Source: Mobula hypostoma
Taxonomy: Eukaryota
Direction of reading: 5' to 3'
Assembly (NCBI RefSeq): GCF_963921235.1
Contig: NC_086108.1
Span: 88,290,001-88,354,000 of the forward strand
DNA: 64,000 bases
Shown here: piece by piece, positions 36,690 to 47,968 of the stretch
Layout of the letters: each line of letters begins with the position of its first letter
Position numbering within the stretch: position 1 is the stretch's first letter
Made by a program: the position numbers and the translations under genes
The notes under the pieces: generated by a model
What the model was told of the DNA's origin: nothing
What the model saw: the letters and a program-made list of their open reading frames with translations, nothing else
Database searches by the model: none

Positions 36690-38935
36690 GTCATCTTGTT
36701 TTTAGAATGCTTCTTCTTCTTTGGGATGTATGCATCCTGCGCCTTGTGAATTGCTTCCAGAAATTCCAGCCATTGCTGCTCTGCTGTCATCCTGCCAATG
36801 TTCTATTCCAATCAATTTTTGCCAGCTCCTCTCTCATGCCTCTGTAATCCCTTTTACTCTACTGTAATACTGATCCACTTGACTTTCGCTTATCCTTCTT
36901 AAATTGCAGGGTGAATTCTGTCATATTATGATCACGTACCCCTAAGGATTCCTTTACCTTAATACATTCTGGTTCTTTGCATAGATCCCAATCCAAAATA
37001 GCAGATCCCCTAGTGGGCTCAACTACAAGCTGCTCTAGAAACCCATCCCGTAGGCATTCTTGGGATCCAGCACCAGCCTGACTTTTCCATCCTACCTGCA
37101 TATTGAAATCCCCCATGACTATCGTAACATTGCCCTTTTGACATGCATTTTCTATCTCCTGATGTAATTTGTAGACCATATCTTTACTACTGTTTTAGGG
37201 TCTATACATAACTCCCATCAGGGTCTTTTTACCCTTGTAGTTCCTTAGCTCTACCCAGAACGATTCAACACCTTCCAATCCTATGTCACCTCTTTCTGAT
37301 GATTTGATTTCATTTTTTATCAACAGAGTCCCACCACCCCTTTGCCTACCTGCCTGTCCTTTTGGCATACAATGTGTATCCTTGAACATTAAGATCCCAA
37401 CTATAATCTCCTTTTAGCCATGATTCAGTGATGGCGACATCATGCATGTCAATCTGTAACTGTGCTCCAAGTTCACTTACCTTATCCTGTGTACTGCACA
37501 CATTCAAGTATGTCACTTTCAGTCTAAAACAATGAAATTCCAGAACATGGAGCTGTCAGTCATGCCTCTTCTGCAACCAAGTCTCACTAATGACTATAGT
37601 GTTATAATTCGAGGCAGCCTACAGAGAAGAAGTCATCACCCTGACACAGTGGCGTCAAGAAAACAACCTCCCTCAATGTTGCAAAAACAAAGGAGCTGGT
37701 TGTGGACTACAGGAGAAATGGAGGCAGGCTAACACCTATAGACATCAGTGCATCTGGGGTTGAGAGGGTGAACAGCTTTAAGTTCCTCGGCATAAACATC
37801 CCTGAAGATCTCATGTGGTCTGTACGTACCGGCTGTGTGATGCAAAAAGCACAACAGCGCCTCTTTCACCCCAGACAGTTAAAGAAGTTTCGTATGGGCC
37901 CCCAAATTCTAAGAACTTTCTACAGGGGCACGATTGAGAGCATCCTGACTGGCTTTATCATTGCCTGGTATGGGAACTATACTTCCCTTAACTGCAGGAC
38001 TCTGCAGAGAGTGGTACGGACAGCCCAGCGCATCTGTAGGTGTGAACTTCCCACTATTCAGGACATTTACAAAGACTAGTGTGTAAAAAGGGCCCAAAAG
38101 ATCATTGGGGATGCGAGTCACCCCAACCACAAACTGTTCCAGCTGCTACCATCTGGGAAACAATACTGCAGCATAAAAACTAGGGCCAACAGGCTCCAGG
38201 ACAGCTTCTTCCACCAGGCCATCAGACTGAGTAATCCCTGCTGATAAAAATTGTATTTCTATGTTATATTGACTGTCCTGTTGTACATACTATTTATTAT
38301 AAATTACTATAAATTGCACATTGCACATTTAGATGGAGATATAACATAAAGATTTTTACCTCTCATGTATATGAAGGATGTAAGTAATGAAGTCAATTCA
38401 ATTCATTTCTACGTGCTGGTCCATGATCTAAGCTCATCTGTCGTTCCTACCATAATCCTTGCATTGAAAAATACACAGCTCAGAACATTAGTCCCACCAT
38501 GCTCAATCTTTCAATCCCTGACTTCGTATGTAAACTTAACAACATCTTTTCTCATAGCCACTTCACTATCTGCTCTGGTACTCTGGTTTCCATCTCACTA
38601 CAACTCTAGTTTAAACCCCCAGGTGAAGCACTAGCAAACCTTCCTACGAGGATATTAGTTCCCCTCTAGTTCAGATGCTAACCATACGTTTTATACAGGT
38701 CCCACCTTCCCTGGAAGAGAGCCCAATGATCCTAAAATTAGAAGCTCTCCCTCATGCACCATCTTCATAGCCCATAAATTGTATTATTTTCCTAGTTATG
38801 GCCTCAGTGGAATGTGGCATAAATAGCAATCCTGAGATCACAACCCTGGTGGTTCAGTCTTTAACTTAGCAGCTAACTTTCTGTACCCATGTACCTGTAA
38901 CTTATTACCCATGCATCTTTTGGTGTTGGACATGT
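36690..38935 (-). mobile_element. CR1 LINE 5' part (AP-endonuclease region) interrupted by Rex1/Babar
   Basis: GGGTLLIKNEI, VESFWVEL, GVMYRP, IVMGDFN, PTRGSAILD, RDHN motifs on -; similar sequence resumes after 38400. Confidence 0.82.
37590..38402 (+). mobile_element. Rex1/Babar LINE 3' part
   Basis: VERVNSFKFLGINI...KAQQRLF...FYRGTIESILTG..AWYGN; CAATT-type tail. Confidence 0.88.
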
Positions 38936-38980
38936 GAATGGCATGGCCAGTCCTTGTGTCAGGGCCTTGTTACTGGCGAA

Positions 38981-39228
38981 TGCTGTGTATTTAATATTTC
39001 AATAATATTTGAGTAATCTTATATATATTGTTTTGATAAAGTATTCTTGTTTGTTTAAATAATTAGTACAGGTTATATGTAAAAATATGTTAATTGCATA
39101 CATCATCATGCTAGCACATGATATGTTTGTGCCCCGCTTAAAGTAAAGAGAAAGCCAGAGCTGCAATTTTGGACTCTGCGAGTCTTTCTTTGGATTAGTT
39201 TAATATTTTGAAATTACCAAAAATATCA
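38981..39228 (+). mobile_element. Short solo LTR
   Basis: TG...CA ends with a 5-bp TSD GCGAA/GTGAA (one CpG transition); sits in an RTE-like remnant. Orientation tentative. Confidence 0.65.
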
Positions 39229-39509
39229 GTGAAGGTAGACACTGATGATGCAGTGTGTTTACATAGACTTTGGTCAACTGAAAAAAGAGGTATTTGAAGA
39301 ACAAGGCCTCAGACTTGGCACAAAACTGATAGTCTATCAAGATGCAATGGTTTCATATGCTTCAGCAACCTGGATTTCTTCCAACAAACACTTAAGGTGC
39401 ACTGGAAAGCTACCATTAACACTGGGATGAAACAATTACCTCATTTCCTACTCAGCAGTGATGCTACTGAGTTTTAGCCTTTTTAAAGTACAATATATGA
39501 AAAGCTGTG

Positions 39510-39672
39510 TGTTGGGTATCTTCCCCTTTCCTCTCCAGTCCTGATCAAGGGTCTCAGCCTGAAACATCGATTGCTTATTCCTCTCCATAGATGCTGCCTA
39601 ACCTGTAAAGTTCCTCCAGCATTTTGTATGCGTTCCTCAAGATTTTCAGCATTGGCAGAATCTCCTGTGTTT
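39510..39672 (+). mobile_element. PLE terminal repeat (degenerate hammerhead)
   Basis: CAGTC-CTGATCA-agggtctcagcct-GAAAC-ATC followed by pLTR sequence. Confidence 0.75.
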
Positions 39673-40124
39673 ATGAGATGGGCATAGCCGTGCCACATGA
39701 CACATAAAGAGGTGTACTATGTTCCACAGGATGTGACTGTGGTAAATAAACCATGTGACTACACTCTGCACTCTACCCAAACCTTCTGATCTAATTGAGA
39801 TAAAAGCTCCTAAGACTTTTGAGATGCTTAACTAGCTTCAAACTAGATATAAATCCAATTCTGCAAACTAACCAAATGAAATAATTAAAGTAGTAAACAT
39901 TAAGCTGAAGTAATTTGTTAACAAAGAATGAGTAATATAAATACCTTAACAATATAATAACAGAAATGTTAAAGTAAGTAACACCCTATGAACATATTTT
40001 TACTAGAACACTGCAACAGTTAAATATTAAATGAAGGCAATGAAGAAAGATCAGGCAGATCAAATACTAGAGGTGCTCTCGTGACAGGTGAATAGAAATC
40101 AATCCCACTCTTGAATATTTAACA

Positions 40125-40140
40125 TTTATTTCCATTTATT
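40125..40140 (-). terminator. Candidate tandem poly(A) signals for tmem125
   Basis: TTTATT at 40125-40130 and 40135-40140, about 390 nt past the stop. Confidence 0.55.
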
Positions 40141-40529
40141 TTCAGCAGCTAAACAGTACCTTTTGTTCCTGACTTGGCCAAAGCAAAGTGCGTTTGTGTT
40201 TGACATTAATTTCAGTTTGCTCCCCTGACATACCAGAAACAAAGTGCTTTGTGCGAGTGCCATTCGTGACAACTGCAGTGGTTAGTCTACAGTTATTGAT
40301 TAGCAATGGATTAATATTTTCATAAGGTGATATCAAATTTCTGCTTGTATGTTGTGCCAGATTTCCACCAGCCTACTAAAGTTTAAGATTAGACTCAAAC
40401 AAATTTGATTTTGGTATTAATTAGTTAAAAGCTTATTCCTGCTGTTATGTGTTCTGTGTCCACAAAAGCGAGACAAACTGGTCATTTCACTGTTTAAACA
40501 ATTCATTATTTTGAGCAGGAGTGCCCATC

Positions 40530-41192
40530 CTATATCAGGTTGGCTGTACTGGAAGAGACTTGTCTTTGTCTCCCCTCTGTAACAGCTGCTGGTATGACAT
40601 AAATGCTCAGTTCCGCTCTACCTGAAGTCCCAGTTACTATGTGGGGACAAAGCTTGAAGATTAAACTGTAGAGAAGGAGCAGGAGGAGAATGATAGAGCC
40701 GAACAGTGTAATAGCAACTCCTGCAATTAACATGTCACTCCAGGACCTGACTGAGAGATGAGGATCGGAATTTGCCAGGATTATCAGCACATAACCACAT
40801 ATGAGTATTACAGATCCAGCAATTAAAATAAGCAAATAATCAATTGACCCTCCACTTCTTAGCTTGTTAATTTGGGTCCGGTTCCTCATACAGTTCATAT
40901 CCTGGATTGCAGAGCTCAGCAGCTGCTTTAGGAGGATGCCTAAAGCTAGGAGGCACAGGACAGTTCCAACTCCCAGACGCCATTCACTCGATTTACTCGT
41001 GGCTGTGGACAATAAAACGATTCCTCCCAATCCAGTGGCCAGGATCAACACCACAGCCACGGAGTAACATAAGATTGAGCGCTTAAGGTCCTGGAACCAC
41101 CACAGTTCCACCTGATCCTCCAGAATGCTCTGTTGGATACGAAAAGGATTTGCTGGTGGTCGGCCAGGTGTGATCTCAGATTGCTCAGACAT
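40530..41192 (-). CDS. tmem125: Transmembrane protein 125, 220 aa, four hydrophobic segments, single coding exon
   Basis: MSEQ...LEDQVELWW...GLGGIVLLSTATSKSSEWRLGVGTVLCLLAL..LLKQLLSSAIQDMNC...LRSGG...SSSTANLI matches the TMEM125 signature. True start ATG at 41192, directly after a tttctccag acceptor. Confidence 0.95.
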   Translation of the reverse strand: MSEQSEITPGRPPANPFRIQQSILEDQVELWWFQDLKRSILCYSVAVVLILATGLGGIVLLSTATSKSSEWRLGVGTVLCLLALGILLKQLLSSAIQDMNCMRNRTQINKLRSGGSIDYLLILIAGSVILICGYVLIILANSDPHLSVRSWSDMLIAGVAITLFGSIILLLLLLYSLIFKLCPHIVTGTSGRAELSIYVIPAAVTEGRQRQVSSSTANLI

Positions 41193-43494
41193 CTGGAGAA
41201 ATTGTCCACAGTCATTCAAAAGGAAAATCAATATCTATCTAAGTCTTAGAAATATACAAGATTTTGAAAACACATATAGCAAAACTCAAAATTGTTCTAC
41301 TGATTGAATAATTATTTGACAAAAATCTTCAAAGTTGTTCAGATTAATTTAGAACCTATAGATAACAAGAGAACCGTGGTCTTAATAGATAGTCATGTCA
41401 CATCAGATCAGAGAACAGAAACTTCAGGAATTGGAAAGCAGTATTCACCACATTTTTGAACATGATTTTCATTTGAATAGACATTATAAATTCCATGTTA
41501 TGCTTTTCAGTATCACCTTTTCATTCATGTTCTTCAGTACATCCTTGATACCACAAATAAAGCAGCCTTGGATATATATGCCCGGACTTTTATTTGTCTT
41601 GGATGTTAGTAAGTTTGCAGAAGTTCACAGGAAAATCATAGGTAACATTATTCCAACCATCCATAAGTCTGAGCCTGTCTTATGAAATCACTCAGTGAAT
41701 TCAAACACACTATCTTCTCTAATTCTCTTCCTTACTCAGTTCCATAACGATGAGGTGAATTTCCCATCTCTCATAATGTGGTCAAGGAAAAGATGCACTT
41801 CTGATGATTTGCTGAGCCTGGGGCTATCTCAGAAAACAGGATAACATAAAGTTCACCGATGGATGACTATTGCTGCTTTTCTTAATGCAATCTTCAATTC
41901 AGAGCTATCTCTCTGTGTTAAATCTCGCCAGCATCCTGCTCCTTATTAGTAATGAGTTTCAGCCAATGGTGCAATTTCACACCGGATGGCTTTCTCAAGG
42001 TAAGGCTAACGTCTAATGAAGATGCAACTAAGAGGTGCAAACCTGATGTGAAAGAAGGCAGTCCTCCAGTCCACAAATAGTCCATGCGCACAGATTGTGA
42101 TGGTATTCTGCAGTTCCAAAGGGTATTTGCTGTTTACAAGCTGAGTTTGCAAACAGTGAGAATTCTCCAGGCTTTGTTTATCAGGGTGAGCTTACTGTCT
42201 CATTCCAATTACGCTGACTCCAGGTTAGACGTTTCTTCTGCTATATCACCTTGATCTTTTCCAGCCTGTCACAGGGCAAGGTGTTTAATTTCCAGATCGA
42301 TTACTGCCGTCTTAAAGCAGGTAACTGATTAGTCCAGCTCTGGTGGTGGAGTGAGTTGCTGCTTCAGACAACTATCTCGGAGAAGAAAGTAAATCCATTG
42401 TCAGTTTTCATCCTGCAGTTTGGCAGATTTTTCCAGAATCTTGTGGGTGGAGCTTGCTGTGCTGTTTTCCAGTTTCAGGTAAATCTCTTGTGAGCAAGCT
42501 TTGACTCTGCCTCCACTTTTGCTCCCAAGAAGATTCAGGTCCTACTATTGTTAGACCGTGCCTTTTGACAAGCTTTGTGTTGTGTTCAAATAATCCAGCC
42601 ACTTGGGCAGTTTGCAGACAGAATGGCTTGTACAACAAGCCAGTCAAAGTGCTTTGTTTAACTAAAACCTTCCTTGGTGCATTTATAATTTGGGTAGTTT
42701 ACTCCAGTGTTTCACCTGGAACAGTCAGCCACTTCCACTTAAGGTGGACTTCAGCAAATACAGAAAAATTTTACATGTACTAAAAGAAAATCTCTGATCC
42801 ACAGAAACATAAAAAGAAAATGCTTGTAATTTTAAATATGTGTGCCAGATCCCATAAAATATCATTAATATTAAAAATAGTAAATTAATGTCAGATAGAG
42901 TTTTCTAGTTTCCCTTGAAGAGAAAAAGAGCAAAACAGTTTTATATTAATACAAAGGCTTAACTCACTATCTGGCACTTTTTAAATATGTCTAATGAGTA
43001 TTGGGTCAGCCTTTGCCTGGATTACACACACACTTCCTTTGTTTTCTTACTGCCATGAGCTTCTCTTGCTTCATGCATTATACTTTATTTCTGGTCCCTG
43101 GTGTGTGAGTGTGGTCTTTGTTCAATGAATAGATCCTTTCTGTAGTTGTTATGCAGCTGGAAAATGGTGGAATGGTCGACTGGTGCTTCTGAAGAGCTGA
43201 AATGTCAGCTGGTGCCATCTCTCCATAGGTAACATGTCCTCTTGTCTTATAAATAATGGAGTCCTTTGGGGTATGACAATTGTCCTAATCTGAATGCCTG
43301 GCCACGTGGTGTAATGATTTAGTGGTGTGATTAGCATAATACTGCTGGTATTGTTGGAAGTTTTCTGAAAATAAAATCCCAATAATTTATCAGCTTTTTG
43401 ACAATGTCATTCGATTGAATCAAATATAGAGGCAAACCTTTCAGCCCATCAAACTAGTGGAAATGCCTTAAATGAGATAACCATTTAATTGATT

Positions 43495-43832
43495 CTATTT
43501 CTTACCCTGGCCTCTTACCTCTTTCACTCACCTACCTATCACCTCCCCCCAGGTGCCCCTTCTTCTTCCTTTTCTCCTATGGTTCACTCTCTTTTCCTAT
43601 CAGATTTCTTCTTCTCCAACCCTTTACTTTTCCTACCCACCTGGCTTCACCCATCACTTCCACCCCCACCCCCCTCAAATTTTCATTCTTCCTTTCCAAT
43701 TCCGAAGAAGGGCCTTGGCCCAGAACATCGACTGTTTGTTCACTTCCATAGACGCTGCCTGACCTGGTGAGTTCCTCCAGCATTTTGAGTGCATTGCTCT
43801 AGATTTCCAGCATCTACAGAATCTCTTGTGTT
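43495..43832 (+). mobile_element. PLE 3' region / terminal repeat
   Basis: Pyrimidine tract, decayed hammerhead and pLTR tail. Confidence 0.75.
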
Positions 43833-44044
43833 AATATATTTGGCTTCGTCACTCGTTCTGTCTTCTTTGCCTTGAAAAATGCTCCCCCTCAAGGATTTAT
43901 CTGGTCTCATTTTGAAAGATACCTTTGAATTTTCGCCTTGTAATAATCCAGAAAGAACACTCCAAATCATGTTGCATGCAACTCTCAATAACCCTCACTA
44001 AGTCTTTTGTCTTTTCTCTTTCAGTTGTCCTGAGACTTGTCCAT

Positions 44045-44590
44045 TCAAGTCAAGTCAAGTTTATTGTTATTTAACCATGTACATGTCAAACGAGGCAACA
44101 TTTCTCCGGACTGGGATGTGAAGCACAGTAGTACACATAACACACAATAACTTCGAAAAGTAAGAATTACGTCTACAAGTAAATTATGCGTAAATGAACA
44201 AAGTGCATAGATTAAATATTGTAAGGTACAGAACAGATTAACTAGTGACACATTGAATGCTATGCAGTAGGGAGTTCAGAAGCCTAATGGCCTGGGGGAA
44301 GAAGCTTTCTCCCATCCTGATTATTCTTGCCTTTATGCATCAGAGTCTCCTGCCTGATGGTAGAACGTCAGATGCTGGATAGATGGGTGGGATCTTTGAT
44401 AATACTAAGTGCCCTGCATACGCAGTACTCCTAATAAATGTCCCCGATGGATGCTAGGGAGATCCCTGTGATCCTTTCAGCCATTCTCATAGTCCTTTGT
44501 AGGGACTTCTGGTCCTATGCTCAGCTGCTTCCATACAGGATGAAGATGCAGCCTGTCCGGACACACTCAATGCTGCTTCTATAAAATGCT
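44045..44590 (-). mobile_element. Rex1/Babar 3' fragment
   Basis: (CAAGT)n tail, minus AATAAA, decayed coding remnant. Confidence 0.65.
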
Positions 44591-45460
44591 TTTTCTGAAC
44601 CAACGTGAACAACCTCAATTGCTGCCTCAGTAGAGCAACACTATAACCACTTTGGCCACTTTGCACCATGATGGACTTTTTTTTGTTCTATATGTTTTCT
44701 TCTTGTAAAAAAATGTGTATAATTTATGCATAGTTTATGTTTTTCTTGTGAATTTTGCTATGTGCCGACACAGTCATTTATAAAGATTCTTAAATTCTCT
44801 TGACTCTTCTGCAGCCAAGAGGAACCTCATATCAGGCATCAAGAGGGCCAAGGCTGCCTATGCACAAAAACATTCAGGAACACCTGACCAATAATGATCC
44901 ACTGACTTGCGTGGCTGGGTATCAAGGGCATCAAACAGTATGGCTGATTCACACCTCCGCTCACTAATCCACTCCTCCACAACCCCAGATACCATGACTT
45001 CATCATTTCTTAGCAGTCACGTTGTGCCTAGCATTACTTTATGGACATACAATTAAACGATCTCATGTATTTATATTTACTGTGTTTATTACTATTATGT
45101 TCTTCATCTTTTGTTACACTGGCTACATCAGATCCAGAGTAACAATTATTTCATTCTCTTTTACACTTGTCTAATGGAAATCTTAAAGATGAAGATGATT
45201 TTAATTTTCCTCTGTGTCTCTCTTTAACACTCCAGTTGTAAAATTAGCCTTCTTGTATTGTCCTTCCTTGATGACAGGTGAACATATATATCCAAGGTTT
45301 CTGGTATTATATACATTAAAATTATACTATTTAAGTTATATTATCTCCTCAAAACACAGCAGAGGAAAGTATGACAGCCTGTGTGCTAGTGTGTAGCTGC
45401 AGTAGCAATGTTGATGGGTTTCACCGGGCTCATGTGAGAAAGTATATAAGAGAGAATTCC

Positions 45461-45694
45461 TCAAGTAACACACATAAAAGTTGCTGGTGAACGCAGCAGG
45501 CCAGGCAGCATCTCTTGGAAGCGGTACAGTCGATGTTTCGGGCCGAGACCTTTCGTCAGGACTAAGGGTCTCGGCCCGAAATGTCGACTGTACCTCTTCT
45601 TAGAGATGCTGCCTGGCCTGCTGCGTTCACCAGCAACTTTTATGTGTGTTGCTTGAAATTCCAGCATCTGCGGATTTCCTCGTGTTTGCGTTTT
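45461..45694. mobile_element. Fold-back (palindromic) PLE terminal-repeat insertion
   Basis: 93-nt inverted arms (45461-45553, 45564-45656) with 7 mismatches and a 10-nt spacer; TSD-like TAAGAGAGAATTCC / TAAGAGAGGATTTC. Confidence 0.9.
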
Positions 45695-46189
45695 TAAGAG
45701 AGGATTTCAGATGTTTTGAAACATTCATCTGATCCTGCAGCCATCACACTTTCCCATTAACAATTATAACATAAAGATAAGTTTGTTTGACAAATCTACA
45801 TCAAAACACCTCACTGCCCAAATCACAGACACACTCTCATCCTGCACTGGCCATTTATTGCTGCTGTTTCACAGATTTGCATGTCTGCTTGTTTTATTAT
45901 AATAATGCCAGTAACTCCACACTGTCTTACATAAGCATGCACCTCACCGTTTATGTCATACTGTTAATATTCAGGCCATGCCACTCAGAGACTTTTTCTA
46001 ATCTTATTTTGTAACTGTATGAGCTGGATCATAACTATACAGTATGCGCGGTGTGTGACTACATGGACTGTGCCTTGCACCTTCACCCCAGAGGGACAAT
46101 GTTTCATTGAGCTGTATCCATGTGTGTGGTTGAATGACAATAAACTTGGGCTTGAAACATACAGTGAAGCGCATCCCTTGCATCAAATC

Positions 46190-46402
46190 AAATCGTCACA
46201 ATTGTGCTTGGCAGCCTGCAAGTGTCAGCAAAATCCCAGCATGGGCCACAATTCACTAATCCTAACCATAACTCTTTGGAATGCAGGAGGAAATTGGAGC
46301 ACCCAGAGAAAACCCACATGGTCATGGGGAGAACGTAATTGAGCCCCGATCGGTGATCGTTGGTGTTGTAAAGTGATGTGCTAACCACTATACTTCTGTG
46401 CC
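46190..46402 (-). mobile_element. V-SINE
   Basis: Reverse complement of the V core (GGAGGAAATTGGAGCACCCAGAGAAAACCCACATGGTC). Confidence 0.7.
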
Positions 46403-46552
46403 AGAACATATATGAGCAGTGCTAACATTTAATGTGACTTCAGTGTCCGAAGTAAAGTAGGAATGTTCAAATACAGAGAAGTAATGTGCTTAGATGACGT
46501 ACTGCCTGCTAATAAGATCTGAGGATTTGTTGAATGATGAGTTCTCTGCTAC

Positions 46553-47290
46553 ACCTGTGAGTCGGCTGGGGTGATATACTGCGCCTGGTGCTCCTGATGT
46601 GGCCTTCTATGTATTGGCGAAACCCGACGCAGACTGGGAGACCGCTTTGCTGAACACCTACACTCTGTCCGCCAGAGAAAGCAGGATCTCCCAGTGGCCA
46701 CACATTTTAATTCCACATCCCATTCCCATTCTGACATGTCTATCCATGGCCTCCTCTACTGTAAAGATGAAGCCACACTCAGGTTGGAGGAACAACACCT
46801 TATATTCCGTCTGGGTAGCCTCCAACCCGATGGCATGAACATCGACTTCTCTAACTTCCGCTAATGCCCCACCTCCCCCTCGTACCCCATCCGTTATTTA
46901 TTTTTATACACACATTCTTTCTCTCACTCTCCTTTTTCTCCCTCTGTCCCTCTCACTATACCCCTTGCCCATCCTCTGGGTTTCCCCCCCCCTTGTCTTT
47001 CTCCCCGGACCTCCTGTCCCATGATCCTCTCATATCCCTTTTGCCAATCAACTGTCCAGCTCTTGGCTCCATCCCTCCCCCTCCTGTCTTCTCCTATCAT
47101 TTTTGGATCTCCCCCTCCCCCTCCCACTTTCAAATCTCTTACTAATTCTTCCTTCAGTTAGTCCTGACGAAGGGTCTCGGCCTGAAACGTCGACTGTACC
47201 TCTTCCTAGAGATGCTGCCTGGCCTGCTGCGTTCACCAGCAACTTTGATGTGTGTTGCTTGAATTTCCAGCATCTGCAGAATTTCTGTTG
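46553..47290 (+). mobile_element. Young 5'-truncated Penelope-like element: GIY-YIG endonuclease, 3' region and terminal repeat
   Basis: Manual translation of 46553-46864: TCESAGVIYCAWCS*CGLLCIGETRRRLGDRFAEH...PVATHFN...LEEQHLIFRLGSLQPDGMN (one stop); 16-bp TSD TCTCTGCTACA(C/T)CTGT at 46543-46558 and 47291-47306. Confidence 0.92.
47160..47195 (+). ncRNA. Minimal type I hammerhead ribozyme (PLE-associated, dimer type)
   Basis: aguc-CUGACGA-a-gggu(cucg)gccu-GAAA-C-GUC^-gacu: stem I aguc/gacu, 4-bp stem II with tetraloop, palindromic ACGU in place of stem III, GUC cleavage triplet at 47189-47191. Confidence 0.8.
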
Positions 47291-47526
47291 TCTCTGCTAC
47301 ATCTGTTTGTTTTTGCAATCAAGTACACAGTCTAATTACACTGACTGTTCATTATGTTCGAGCCCCTGCCCCCCACTCCCGTGACATTGAAAGGTTGTGC
47401 CACATCCCACTATCTCAGTGAAAGGAACAGACTTGAGATTTGCTTGGGTTCAGGTGCTTATTTAGGTCATTATCTGGTATCCCGTGCAGTACCCTCACCA
47501 GGACCTTCTCAACGTTCTCAAAATTC

Positions 47527-47710
47527 ACAAGCAAAAGAAAATCTGCAGATGCTAGAGATCCAAGCAACACACACAAAATGCTGGAGGAACTCAGCAGGCC
47601 AGGCAGCATCTATGGCAAAGAGTACAGTTGACATTTGGGCCTGAAACATTGACTGCCCTTTTTTCTATAGATGCTGCCTGGCCTGCTGAGTTCCTCCAGC
47701 ATTTTGTGCA
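47527..47710. mobile_element. Fold-back PLE terminal-repeat insertion
   Basis: Inverted arms at ~47572-47637 and ~47640-47708; decayed TSD GTTCTCAAAATTC / GTCCCCAAATTTC (10/13). Confidence 0.8.
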
Positions 47711-47968
47711 GTCCCCAAATTTCTTCTGCTCCTGCAGCAGCGATTTTCAATGATGAAACACTGACATGCATTCGATTCTGGCCCACTGTTGATGTAAATG
47801 GTGACCATCAATCTCAAGTGCACCAAACCCTTCAGAATGCAGTTCACAAGCTTAGAAGAGTTTTATTGTGTGAGGCATATACCACATCATAAAGTCCCCA
47901 AAGCGAAAACTAATGAAAACTGACAAGGGGGAGCGGGGACTTTCAACAGGACCAGTCATAAAAGGAAA

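Noticed and set aside
41193..41231. 13-aa N-terminal extension of TMEM125 in the ORF track
   Set aside because: Non-ATG start, lies in intron-like sequence ending in a splice acceptor; homologs begin MSEQ.
45461..45656. Palindromes read as DNA-transposon MITEs or microRNA precursors
   Set aside because: Arms are PLE terminal-repeat sequence of unequal length, TSDs are long and variable, and junctions differ between copies; no small-RNA evidence is available here.
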